NCBI GenBank assembly: GCA_041389845.1
Contig: JAWKQZ010000037.1
Coordinates: 9,716 to 73,715, forward strand
Direction of reading: 5' to 3'
DNA from: Nannocystaceae bacterium
Lineage (GTDB): Bacteria > Myxococcota_A > Polyangia > Nannocystales > Nannocystaceae
DNA: 64,000 nucleotides
In this document: piece after piece, positions 53,548 to 64,000 of the stretch
Layout: every line of letters begins with the position of its first letter
Position numbering within the stretch: position 1 is the stretch's first letter
Program-made: the position numbers and the translations under genes
Notes under the pieces: generated by a model
Databases searched by the model: none
What the model saw: the letters and a program-made list of their open reading frames with translations, nothing else
Told to the model about the DNA's origin: nothing

Positions 53548-54957
53548 TCACGGGCTGACCCCGGGGTCGGCGCAGGTGAGGGTGAACGCGGTGACCCCGG
53601 GCCCGAGGTCGACGCGGTAGCGGATCGGGATGGTCCCGGGGTAGGCGAGGCAGTCGATCTTCGGCAGGTTCATCCCCTTGGGCATGCCGATCGGCGGGAG
53701 CATCACCGGCCCCTGGGTCACCACCTGGTAGACCCCGTCGACCGGCTTGAGGAGGACCTCGGCGCACTGGAGGCCGACCTCGGTGACGCCGTTGCCGGTG
53801 GCCCAGCCGCCGAAGGACACCAGGAGGGTGGTCGGGTCGTCACAGGAGGCGCCGTAGTTGATGTAGTTGACGGGCGAGTAGCCGTTGGGCGGGCCGGGGT
53901 AGTTGGCGCCGGCCTGGCGGAGGCGGAAGATCCCGCCGCCGGTCGGCTCGATCATGAGATCGGCGCAGCGGGCGACGACGTTGGCGTAGACGTCGTTGTC
54001 GGTGTCGTAGAGGACGTCGAAGCCGACCGGCGCGCCGTCGCACTGGCTGTAGCCCTGGATGCCGCCGCCGCCGGGGCCGAAGGCCGCGGAGTCGCCGGCC
54101 TCGATCGGCTCGCCGAGGCTCGGCGGCAGGACGCAGAGGGTGGTGCACTCGTCGTCGTCGACGTCGTTGCCGTCGTCGCAGAACTCGTTGGGATCGACGA
54201 CCCCGTCGCCGCACTTCTCGGACTTGCAGTCCTTGTTGCAGCCGTCGCCCTCGATCAGGTTGCCGTCGTCGCACTCCTCGAGGAGCCCGAGCACGCCGTC
54301 GCCGCAGACGTTGATCTTGCACACCCCGGTGCAGGTGCCGCCGACGCCGTTCTGGGCCCCGTCGTCGCACTCCTCGCTGTCCTGGAGGATCCCGTCGCCG
54401 CAGGCGGGGAGCGTGCAGGCGTCGGTGCAGAGGTCGTCGTCGACGTCGTTGCCGTCGTCGCACTCCTCGCCGACGTCGACCGCCCCGTCGCCGCAGTAGG
54501 GCGCGTCGTCGGTGTCGACGCCGGTGCTCTCGGTCGTCGTCGTGGTGGAGGTCGTCGACGTGCTCGTCGGCTCCGCGGTCGTGATCGTGGTCGCGTCGGT
54601 CGTCGTCGCGTCGGTCGTCGTCGCGTCGGTCGTCGTCGCGTCGGTCGTCGTCGTGGTCGCGGCGGTCGTCGGCGCCTCGGTGGTCGCGTCGCTGGTCGGG
54701 TCGATGTAGTCGGGGTTGCCGACCAGGCACGCGCACGCGAGCGCGCCGACGCCGGCGAGGAGCGAGACGGGGAGCGCGCTGCGGAGCGCCCTGGGGTGCG
54801 AGCTGCCGAGCGAGCTGCCGAGCGAGCTGCCGAGCGCCCTGCCGAGCGAGCGGCCGAGCGCCCTGGGGTGCGAGCTGCCGAGCGCCCTGGGGTGCGCGCT
54901 GCCGAGCGCCCGGCCGAGCGAGCGCGAAGCCGTGTACGGAGCCTTCCGCGAAGCCAT
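53548..54957 (-). CDS. lipoprotein with a Thr-rich linker, Myxococcus-type cysteine-rich repeats and a distinct C-domain
   Basis: The only in-frame start is the ATG at 54957. A long repeat-containing n-region (LGSS/HPRALG) precedes LLAGVGALACAC. Repeats YCGDGAVDVGEECDDGNDVDDDLC... Confidence 0.8.
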   Translation of the reverse strand: MASRKAPYTASRSLGRALGSAHPRALGSSHPRALGRSLGRALGSSLGSSLGSSHPRALRSALPVSLLAGVGALACACLVGNPDYIDPTSDATTEAPTTAATTTTTDATTTDATTTDATTTDATTITTAEPTSTSTTSTTTTTESTGVDTDDAPYCGDGAVDVGEECDDGNDVDDDLCTDACTLPACGDGILQDSEECDDGAQNGVGGTCTGVCKINVCGDGVLGLLEECDDGNLIEGDGCNKDCKSEKCGDGVVDPNEFCDDGNDVDDDECTTLCVLPPSLGEPIEAGDSAAFGPGGGGIQGYSQCDGAPVGFDVLYDTDNDVYANVVARCADLMIEPTGGGIFRLRQAGANYPGPPNGYSPVNYINYGASCDDPTTLLVSFGGWATGNGVTEVGLQCAEVLLKPVDGVYQVVTQGPVMLPPIGMPKGMNLPKIDCLAYPGTIPIRYRVDLGPGVTAFTLTCADPGVSP

Positions 54958-55113
54958 GGGCCCCAGGGTAGCAAGCGTCGTTCCACCCGGCCTTCCTCGG
55001 TCCGCCCGCGCGGGCGGCTGCGGGAGACGCAGGGCCCGTGCCGCTCTCGCACCCGCCCCGGGCGGCCCACGCGCCTCGACGGAACGCCCCCGACCGGCCA
55101 GGGGGCCGCCGAT

Positions 55114-56466
55114 CTAGCGTCGCCCGCGGACCTCGACCGCAAGGCGCCCGCGGTGGAGCCGGAGCTCGAGGCGATCGCCGAGGGCGACCTGATCGGCGGC
55201 GGTGACGACGGCCCCGCCCGCGTCGGTGGCGACGGCGTAGCCGCGCTCCAGCACCCGCAGCGGCGAGAGGGCGTCGAGGGCCCCGGCGGCCCGGGCGAGG
55301 CGGACCCGGGCGTCCTGGGTGAGGCCCTCGCCGAGGCGCCCGAGCTCGCCGCGGAGGTGCTCCAGGCGGCGGCGGAGCGCGACCACCCGGTGGCGGGGGT
55401 GACGGGCCTGGAGGCGCTCCTCGAGGGCGGCGAGGCGGCGGCGATCGGCGCTCGCGCGGGCCCGCGGGTGCTGGGCGGAGAGGCGGCGGAGGAGGGCGTC
55501 GAGGCGCCGCCGCGGGGCGACGACGAGGCGGCGGCCGACCGCGCCGAGGCGGCTCTCGGCGACGCCCTGGCGGCTGCGATGATCGAGGACGCGGCGGCCG
55601 ATCGCCTGGGCGAGGCGGCGCTCGCTCTCGCGGACCTGGGCGACGAAGACCTGGGCGTCGGGGACCGCGAGCTCGGCCGCGTGCGAGGGGGTGGCCGCCC
55701 GGACGTCGGCCGCGAAGTCGCAGAGGGTGGTGTCGACCTCGTGGCCGATCGCGGCGATCACCGGCACCGGGCAGGCGGCGACCGCCCGGACCAGCGCCTC
55801 GTCGTTGAAGGCCCAGAGGTCCTCGCTGGCCCCGCCGCCGCGGCCGAGGAGGATGACGTCGACGCCCTCGCGCTGCTGGAGGCGAGCGAGGGCGCGGCGG
55901 AGGCTCGCCGGCGCCTCGTCGCCCTGGACCACCGCCGGCGAGAGGAGGACGTGGGAGGGGCAGCGGCGGCGGAGCACCTTGAGGATGTCGTGGATCGCCG
56001 CGCCGGTCGGCGAGGTGACGACGCCGACGATCCGCGGCCAGCGGGGGAGCGGCCGCTTGCGCTCGCGGGCGAAGAGCCCCTCGGCGGCGAGCTTCTGCCG
56101 GAGCTGCTCGAGCTGGAGCATCATCGCCCCGAGGCCGGCGGGCTCGGCCCGCTCGGCGTAGAGCTGGAACTTCCCCTGCTGGGGGTAGATGCCGAGGCGA
56201 CCGCTCACCCGGAGGTGCTGGCCGTCGGCGAGGCGGAAGCGGAGGCGGGCGAGCGACGAGCGCCACATCGCCGCCGGCAGCAGCGCGCCGGCGTCCTTGA
56301 GGGTGAAGTAGGCGTGGCCGCTGCTGACGATCCGCAGGTTCGAGACCTCGCCCTCGACCCAGACGACGCCGTAGCTGGTCTCGAGGAGGCGGTTCGCGCC
56401 GCCGACGAGCTCGGAGACGGTGAAGATCCGCGGCGGTCCGGCGGGCGAGCGCGTCGTGTAGGCCAC
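55114..56466 (-). CDS. xseA: exodeoxyribonuclease VII large subunit
   Basis: FTVSELVGGANRLLE...VWVEGEVSN...SGHAYFTLKD (OB fold). IVGVVTSPTGAAIHDIL, GRGGGASEDLWAFNDE and AIGHEVD. Confidence 0.93.
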   Translation of the reverse strand: MAYTTRSPAGPPRIFTVSELVGGANRLLETSYGVVWVEGEVSNLRIVSSGHAYFTLKDAGALLPAAMWRSSLARLRFRLADGQHLRVSGRLGIYPQQGKFQLYAERAEPAGLGAMMLQLEQLRQKLAAEGLFARERKRPLPRWPRIVGVVTSPTGAAIHDILKVLRRRCPSHVLLSPAVVQGDEAPASLRRALARLQQREGVDVILLGRGGGASEDLWAFNDEALVRAVAACPVPVIAAIGHEVDTTLCDFAADVRAATPSHAAELAVPDAQVFVAQVRESERRLAQAIGRRVLDHRSRQGVAESRLGAVGRRLVVAPRRRLDALLRRLSAQHPRARASADRRRLAALEERLQARHPRHRVVALRRRLEHLRGELGRLGEGLTQDARVRLARAAGALDALSPLRVLERGYAVATDAGGAVVTAADQVALGDRLELRLHRGRLAVEVRGRR

Positions 56467-56612
56467 GGGGACTTGTAGCAGGGGATCGCGCGCCGGTCAG
56501 CCGCGAGTCGGGGCCGACGGCGCCGCAAGACGCCCGCCTCGTCGCCGGGGATCGAGGGAGTCGTGGACGACGCCGGGGAGGAGCTGGGGCCTCGCGCTCG
56601 GCGAGCGCGGGA

Positions 56613-57364
56613 TCACTCGAAGACGAGGAGCGCCTCGACCTCGACCGGGTAGTCGACCGAGGCGAGGGCCTCGACGGTCTCACCGGCGACCGCGTCGGCC
56701 GCGACCTCGCACCAGCCCTCGGCGTTCGGCGTGCAGGTGCAGGCGTTCGGATCGACGCAGCCGGCGACCTCGGCGCCGGCGACGGCCTCGATCCGGTAGC
56801 GTCCGTCGCCGGCGGCGGACTGCTGGGCGCAGGGGCCGGCGCACGCGGGATCGTCGACGCACTCGCGGGCGCCCAGGTCGAGTCGAACACGAAGCCAGCC
56901 CAGGCGATCGGGTAGGCCCCGCCCGGCGCGATCACGACGACGCGATCCTCGGGGCAGGCCTCGGCGCAGCCGCAGGCGCCGACCTGCGCCGCGCCGCAGG
57001 AGACCTCGCAGACGTCGAGGCGCCAGCGGTTGGGGAGGACCGAGTCCGGGCCGCGGATCACCACCGGCTGGAGGGGGTGACACCCGGCGGCGATCGCCAC
57101 GGCCACCGGCGCCGCGCGATCGTTGCGGAGGGTGATCGTCACCGGCGTGGTGAGGAGGGCGTCACCGTGGAGGCCGATGCACTCGAGGCCGTTCGTCGTC
57201 GTCCCCGTCTGGACCGGGCCGGAGCTCCCGGTCGTGTCGGTCGTCGTGTCGGTCGTCGTGTCGGTCGTCGTGTCGGTCGCGCCCGCGTCGTCGCCCGGGC
57301 CGGAGCCGGCGCAGGCGCAGGCGCAGGTGAGGAGCAGGCCGAGGAGCACGCGTCCCGATCGCAT
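56613..57364 (-). pseudogene. Cys-rich lipoprotein interrupted by an apparent single-base frameshift near 56865-56885
   Basis: The N-part runs from the ATG at 57364: MRSGRVLLGLLLTCACAC...AWAGFVFDSTW. The C-part lies in another frame: ARECVDDPACAGPC...VEVEALLVFE, with its stop at 56613. Both parts have good GC3 only in their own frame. Confidence 0.65.
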
Positions 57365-57500
57365 CCCTCGACGATAGTCGACCCGCCGCCCTCCGCGGTC
57401 GACTCCACGCGCCGTCCCCTCGCCGGCCGAATGAACATCGTTCAAAGGCGAATGATCCCCCGCTCCCTCGCCGGCGCCGGCGCGGGCACGGGCCGCGAGG

Positions 57501-60500
57501 TCAGGGCAGCTCGGCGGCGAAGCGGGCGAGCGCCGGCCGGGCGAGGACGACGTCGCGGATCAGGAGCGGGCTCTCGCAGCGGGCGTGGGCGGCGAGGACG
57601 TGGGCCCGGGCGTCGTCGAGGTCCCCGCGCTCGGCGGCGAGGACCGCGAGGTCGAGGCGGAGGAGCCAGGGGTCCTCGCCCTCGCTCCCGAGGGCGTCGG
57701 TGAGGGCGAGGGCGCGCTCGAGATCGGCGCGGGCGAGGTCGGGCTCGCCGGCGCGAGCGAGGGCGCGGCCCCGCCACACCAGGAGCTCCCGGGCCCGCGC
57801 CCGGATCCGCGGGCTCTCGGCGTCGACCCCGAGGGTGGCGGCGTCGAGGCCCCGGAGGAGCACGAGGAGGGCGGCGCGCGCCGCCGGATCGTCGAGGTGG
57901 TTGATCGCCGTGTTACGCCAGCTGGCGACCAAGAGCTCGAGGGCCCGGTCCGGATCGAGCTCGCGGATCAGCGGCCAGTGGAGGGTCGGGTGGCCGCGGA
58001 GGAGGGTGGCGACCGGCGCCATCGCCAGCGTGGGATCGGCGAGGAGCTCCGCCCAGGCGTCCCGGGCGTCGGCGAGGCGGCCGACCAGGACGAGGGCGTG
58101 GACCCGCCAGAGGCGCTCCTCCGGCGTCCGCGCCGGGAGCTCGCCCTCGGCCGCGAGGAACGCGACCGGATCGCCGTCGACGAGGGCGCGGCGGAGGGCG
58201 ACCCGCGGATCGGCGGCCGGCGGCGCGCCGATCCGGAAGCCCCGCAGGCGGAGCCGCTGGAGGGAGAGGGCGAGCCAGGCCGGGGTTTCGACGGGGGCGT
58301 CGACCCACGCCGACGCGTCGCCGAGGGCGCGGAGGGAGAGGCGGTAGCGCCCGGCGGGCGGGGCGGCGGCGTGCCGGAGGTGGGCCCGCCGCGGCTCCTG
58401 GCCGTCCTCGGCGAGGTCGCACCCCGACTCGCCCAGGGTCGGCAGCCCGTCGAGGCGGAGGGTGAGCCGGCGAGCGGCGAGGTCGGCGGTGTTGTCGACG
58501 ATCGCCCGCTCCCCGGGGACGTGGCAGGTGATCACCCGGCGGACGCTGACGCCGCCGCGGCTGGTGCCGTGGGTGGTCACGTCGAGCGCCAGGATCGGCC
58601 GCTCCGGGTCGTCCTCGGGGGCGAGGAGGAGCTCGAAGCGGCTCCGCCACTCGGTCTGGTCGAGGGTGAGCTCGACCTCGAGCTCGAGCACCTCCCCCGC
58701 GCTCTCGAGCGGCAGGGTCGCCAGGAGCCCCGAGGACGCGGTGGCGATCGAGAGGCCGTCGCCGCCCGGCGCGTGGGCGAGGGCGAGGGGGTCGTGGAGG
58801 GTCCAGGCGGGGCCGAGGGGGCGGCGGAGGTCGATCTCGATCGCCTCGTCGCCGCCGACGGCGAGCGGCGCGTAGCGACGGGCGAGCGCGCGGGCCTCGG
58901 GGTCGACCTCGGCGAAGTCGGCGAGGGCGGCGAGGGCCTCGCGGGCCTGGTCGTAGTCGCCGAGGCGGAGCTCGGCCCGGGCGATCCGGAGGCGGGCGGA
59001 CGACGCCAGCTCCGGCGCCCGCGCGGCGGCCTGGAAGAGGGGGATGGCCCGGCGCTCGTCGCCCGCGCGCTCGAAGAGGTCGCCGGCGACGAGCGACGCC
59101 TCGGCCCGGGCGGCGGCCGACGGGGCCCGACGCGCGAGGTCGACGAAGGCGTCGCCGGCGGCGCGATGGAGGCCGAGGTCGGCGAGGGCGCGGGCGCGGT
59201 CGCGGGCCGGCGCCCAGGTGGGGTCGTCGAGGTCCGCGGGCGACCCGTCCCCGGCGCCGCCCGACGCGGAGACCTCGGCCACCCCGCCGCCGACCCCGAC
59301 CGGCTCCAGCGGGCGCTCTCCGGCGCCGAGGACGACGACGCGGGGACCGACCGCCCCCTCGCCCGGGAGCTCGGCGATCACCTCGGCCATCGGGTCGTCG
59401 TCGACGTCGGCGAGCCCGAGGAAGCAGAGGTCGCCGAGGACCACGGGCGTCCACCCGCCGTCCGCCCCCTGGACGTAGACGAGGGTGTGCACGCGGTCGC
59501 CGACCCGGAGCGCGACCGCGATCTCGCCGAGGCCGTCGCCGTCGAGGTCGGCGGCCTGCGGCGACTCGAGGACGCCCGCGAGCGCGGCGCCCGCGGGCAG
59601 CGGCAGCGGCGGCCGACGCTGGCCCCGGAGCCCGCGCTCGAGGTCGTAGACGTAGATCCCGGGCGGCTCGCCGGAGCGCCGATCCGGGGGGAAGACCAGC
59701 GGGCTCTCCTCGACGGCGAGGTTCTTGACCGCGAGGAGCTGGGCGCCGCCGGGGCCGCGGACGAGGGCGGGGCTGAGGACGACGCCGAGCTTGTCGCGAT
59801 CGACCAGCTCCAGGGCCCCTCCGCGGCCGAGGCGGAGGATCCGGAGGTCGTAGGCCCGCCAGCCGGTGAAGGTGGCGATGAGCTCGTCCTGGCCGTCGCC
59901 GTCGACGTCGACGGGGAGGAGGCCGTGGGCCGCCGACTCGAGGGTCTGATGGGCGTCGTGGACCACCCGCGAGGTCCAGACGCCGTCGGCCCCGGGGGTG
60001 AGGGCGAGGATCTCGAGGTCGACGGTGCCGACGTAGACCTCGACGACGCCGTCCCGATCGAGATCCGCGGCCGCGCCGCTGACCGCGACGTCGCCGTCCC
60101 AGCGGAAGATCGGCGTCGGCCCCTCGTCGCCCATCCGCACCAGGGCGTGGGTCGTCGTCGCCTCGCGGTCGAAGAAGATCGCCAGCGGCGCCCCCCCGAC
60201 CACCACCACGTGGTCGGTCCCCTCCGGCACGGGCGACCGCCACCGCGTCGGCAGCCCGGGCGCCCGGTCGGCGAGGGTGATCGCCGCGGGCTTCGCCCCC
60301 GCCCACTCGACCAGGGCGACCCGGTCGCCGGCGACGTGGACCGAGCGGACGCCGCCGTGGGGCGTGGGGGTGGCCCCCTGGAGGGCGCCGACCAGGGCCC
60401 GGACCGGGGCCGGGGCGCCGCGCCCCCGGCGCGCCGGGGGGCCGCCGAGGTCGCGGCGGCCGAGGGCGGCGGCGATCCGGAGCGCCGCGAGGTCACGGGC

Positions 60501-60605
60501 CGCCCCCCGGAGGTCGCGGTCGCGGTCGACGAGGTCGAGGACCGCGGCCAGCGCCGCCCAGTCGAGCTGCTCCCGGAAGATCGCCGCCAGCCCCGAGAGC
60601 GCCTC
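57501..60605 (-). CDS. FG-GAP/VCBS-like repeat plus TPR-like module (probably the C-terminal 1000 aa of the upstream kinase gene)
   Basis: Real part of the 2128-aa track ORF. DLDRDGVVEVYVG, VDVDGDGQDELIA, ADLDGDGLGEIAV and ADVDDDPMAEVIA are Ca-binding-like loops, followed by helical TPR-like repeats. No plausible start codon lies at its 5' end. Confidence 0.8.
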   Translation of the reverse strand, partial: EALSGLAAIFREQLDWAALAAVLDLVDRDRDLRGAARDLAALRIAAALGRRDLGGPPARRGRGAPAPVRALVGALQGATPTPHGGVRSVHVAGDRVALVEWAGAKPAAITLADRAPGLPTRWRSPVPEGTDHVVVVGGAPLAIFFDREATTTHALVRMGDEGPTPIFRWDGDVAVSGAAADLDRDGVVEVYVGTVDLEILALTPGADGVWTSRVVHDAHQTLESAAHGLLPVDVDGDGQDELIATFTGWRAYDLRILRLGRGGALELVDRDKLGVVLSPALVRGPGGAQLLAVKNLAVEESPLVFPPDRRSGEPPGIYVYDLERGLRGQRRPPLPLPAGAALAGVLESPQAADLDGDGLGEIAVALRVGDRVHTLVYVQGADGGWTPVVLGDLCFLGLADVDDDPMAEVIAELPGEGAVGPRVVVLGAGERPLEPVGVGGGVAEVSASGGAGDGSPADLDDPTWAPARDRARALADLGLHRAAGDAFVDLARRAPSAAARAEASLVAGDLFERAGDERRAIPLFQAAARAPELASSARLRIARAELRLGDYDQAREALAALADFAEVDPEARALARRYAPLAVGGDEAIEIDLRRPLGPAWTLHDPLALAHAPGGDGLSIATASSGLLATLPLESAGEVLELEVELTLDQTEWRSRFELLLAPEDDPERPILALDVTTHGTSRGGVSVRRVITCHVPGERAIVDNTADLAARRLTLRLDGLPTLGESGCDLAEDGQEPRRAHLRHAAAPPAGRYRLSLRALGDASAWVDAPVETPAWLALSLQRLRLRGFRIGAPPAADPRVALRRALVDGDPVAFLAAEGELPARTPEERLWRVHALVLVGRLADARDAWAELLADPTLAMAPVATLLRGHPTLHWPLIRELDPDRALELLVASWRNTAINHLDDPAARAALLVLLRGLDAATLGVDAESPRIRARARELLVWRGRALARAGEPDLARADLERALALTDALGSEGEDPWLLRLDLAVLAAERGDLDDARAHVLAAHARCESPLLIRDVVLARPALARFAAELP

Positions 60606-60825
60606 GCCCGCTGCTCGGCCCGCTGGGCCCGGAAGTAGCCGGCGGCGAGGGCCGCGAGGGCGCCCTCCCGATCGTCCGCCCCCGCCGCCGCCCCGCCTCC
60701 GCCAGCCAGGCGCTCGCCAGGGCCGCGGTGCCCTCCTGGAGCGGGTCGTCGACGAAGGCCTGGAAGATCCGGTCGGCCGCGGCCGCGTCGCCCTCGGCCC
60801 GGGCCTCGGCGATCCGGGCCTCCCG

Positions 60826-62290
<1,465 letters not shown>

Positions 62291-62332
62291 CCTCCGACGC
62301 GTCCGTCAAGCGCCCATAGCGCCCTACACCCC

Positions 62333-63772
62333 TCAGCCGATCTCGAACTTCTTGAGGAGGCGCTTGAGCTGGTGCCGGCTCTGGAGCCGGAGGACCCGCC
62401 AGGCCCGCTCCCGGACCCCGTCGCAGGCGTCGAGGGCGGCGACGATCTCCTCCCGGGTCAGCGACTCCGGCTGGGTGTGGGGCGCGAGGGCCCGGGGCGC
62501 CGGTCGGGGCTCGGCGATCGACGGGCCGATCGTCGGCCCCTCCCCCTGGGTCAGCGCGTCCCAGAGCGCCGCCCGGAGCTCGCGGAGGTGGCCTCCGTAG
62601 TCGCGGTAGAGGAGCGAGGCCATCCACCCGGCGGCGATCCGGGGCTCGCCGCCGGCGGTGAAGAAGCGGGCCCGGAGCTCGGGGTGCTCGTCGCCGATCC
62701 GGCGGAGGAGGTGGCGGGCGAGGAGGGGCACGTCGCCGCGGCGCTCCTCGAGGCCGGGGACCGCGATCCGGTGGATGAAGCGGGTGAGGAGGTCGTGCTT
62801 GAGCGCCTCCGGCGGCCGGTTGGTCGCGCCGTAGAGCCGCAGGTCCGAGGCCCGCCGCCGATCCTCGCCGAGGCGCTGGTACTCGCCGTGGTCCATCACC
62901 CGCATCAGCCGGGCCTGGAGGGGGTGGGCGAGCTCGCCGAGCTCGTCGAGGTAGAGCGCGCCGCCGTCGGCCTCGCCGCAGAGGCCGACCCGCTCGGGCG
63001 CGCCCGGGGTCGGGTAGTCGTGGACGTTGCCGAAGAGCTCGGCGTCGATCCAGGCGTCGGGGATGGTCGCGGCGCTGCGGCTGATCAGCGGCTGCTTCGC
63101 CCGCGCCGACGCGGCGTGGAGCGCCCGCACCACCAGCTCCTTGCCGACGCCGGTGGGGCCGTGGACGAGGACGTGCTCGCGGCGGGGGCCGATCGCGGCG
63201 ATCTGGCGGCGGAGCGCCCAGGCGGCCGGCGACTCGCCGACGATCCCGTCGGGGTCGGCCTCGCCGAAGGCGAAGGCGCCGCGGAGCGCCGCCCCCCAGG
63301 CGCCGCCGTTCGGCCAGGCGGCGGGGCGGGTCGCCACCCGGAGGGCGAAGCGACCGACCGCCTCGAGGATCGCCCCCGGGTCGGCGATCGCCCGGTCGAT
63401 CGGGTGGCCGTCGATCCGCAGCTCGCCGGAGCCGAGGCGCTCGACCGAGAGCCCGCCGTCGAGGAGCGAGACCCGGAGGTGCCGCCGCGAGACCCGGGCG
63501 TCGCGGAGCGGCCCGGTGTCGACCCGCTCGAAGGGGCGGAGCTGGCAGAGCACCAGCGGCAGGTCGCCCTCGTCGCCGGCCTCGACCGCGCGACCGATCG
63601 TGAAGGGGACGTGGAGGGCCCCGCGCGGGAGGCAGTAGACCTCGCCGACCCGCGACGGCTCCTCGCTCGACCACACCAGCTCGAGCACCGGGGCGCGGGC
63701 CGCCGCCGCGCCCCCCTCGTCGCGGGTCGGGGCGCCGCCGAGGGTCGACTCGTCCGGGTCGCGCAGGGGCAC
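62333..63772 (-). CDS. FHA-domain AAA+ enhancer-binding-protein-like regulator with a C-terminal HTH (GAFTGA motif absent)
   Basis: FHA-like TIGR...VSRRHLRV...LGSGELRIDG. Walker A HGPTGVGKE. Walker B GALYLDELGEL. Arginine-finger region YGATNRP...LLTRF. Fis-like tail RAWRVLRLQSRHQLKRLLKKFEI. Confidence 0.88.
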   Translation of the reverse strand: MPLRDPDESTLGGAPTRDEGGAAAARAPVLELVWSSEEPSRVGEVYCLPRGALHVPFTIGRAVEAGDEGDLPLVLCQLRPFERVDTGPLRDARVSRRHLRVSLLDGGLSVERLGSGELRIDGHPIDRAIADPGAILEAVGRFALRVATRPAAWPNGGAWGAALRGAFAFGEADPDGIVGESPAAWALRRQIAAIGPRREHVLVHGPTGVGKELVVRALHAASARAKQPLISRSAATIPDAWIDAELFGNVHDYPTPGAPERVGLCGEADGGALYLDELGELAHPLQARLMRVMDHGEYQRLGEDRRRASDLRLYGATNRPPEALKHDLLTRFIHRIAVPGLEERRGDVPLLARHLLRRIGDEHPELRARFFTAGGEPRIAAGWMASLLYRDYGGHLRELRAALWDALTQGEGPTIGPSIAEPRPAPRALAPHTQPESLTREEIVAALDACDGVRERAWRVLRLQSRHQLKRLLKKFEIG

Positions 63773-64000
63773 GGGCGAGGACTCTACCGCAACCGCGCTC
63801 GGCTGCCTCGGGGCGCCGGCCCCCTCCCCTCGCGGGATCCCGAGGGCGCGCCCGTGATCCCCCGCGGGTGGCCGCGGCCCGCCTCACGCGCGCGTCGACG
63901 CGAGCGGCCCGCGGCCGCGATCACGCGCGCGTCGACGCGATCACCCGCGGCCCGACGCGCGCTCGCGGGCGATCGCAAGGAGCCGGCGCCCGGTCGGGCG

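Overview
Very GC-rich (roughly 70% or more by eye) bacterial chromosomal segment. It carries about 50 protein-coding genes on both strands. I found no rRNA, tRNA, CRISPR array, transposase or integrase. Most of the very long ORFs in the six-frame track are Arg/Pro/Gly-rich shadow frames typical of high-GC DNA. Real genes were picked by third-position GC bias, recognisable domains and signal peptides or lipoboxes.

The content looks myxobacterial (an inference from family knowledge, not a search). Supporting features:
- Myxococcus-type cysteine-rich repeats (CGDG..EECDDGN) in two lipoproteins.
- A MYXO-CTERM-like tail on a trypsin-like protease.
- Two eukaryote-like Ser/Thr kinases fused to TPR and FG-GAP modules.
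- An FHA-AAA+ enhancer-binding-like regulator.
- Many lipoproteins with Thr/Ser-rich linkers.

Housekeeping and accessory enzymes include aldo/keto reductases, a tandem FKBP isomerase, an FGE/SUMF1-family protein, SelO, XseA, GST, an aldolase/SDR fusion, a LigB-type dioxygenase, an OPT transporter, a GAF-adenylate cyclase, VOC proteins and an AraC regulator.

Most notable observations:
1. An orphan three-gene cluster at 38.6-44.3 kb. Two adjacent genes are built from six copies of a phage-tail-fibre-tip-like module, followed by a giant TM-CarboxypepD_reg-PDZ protein. The cluster is preceded by an array of four perfectly spaced 18-nt hairpins.
2. A dispersed 16-nt palindrome, CTGTCC-N4-GGACAG, that is strongly over-represented and also sits inside linker-coding DNA.
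3. Two proteins with histone-H1-like (A/S)KKA repeat tails, one of them fused to a SUKH/SMI1-KNR4 domain.
4. Paralogous CxxCH beta-propeller lipoproteins.
5. Recurrent tandem duplications of gene 3' ends, stop codon included.
6. Several apparent frameshifts, including three within about 250 bp of a giant kinase gene.
7. An FHA-AAA+ regulator that lacks the GAFTGA sigma54-contact motif.
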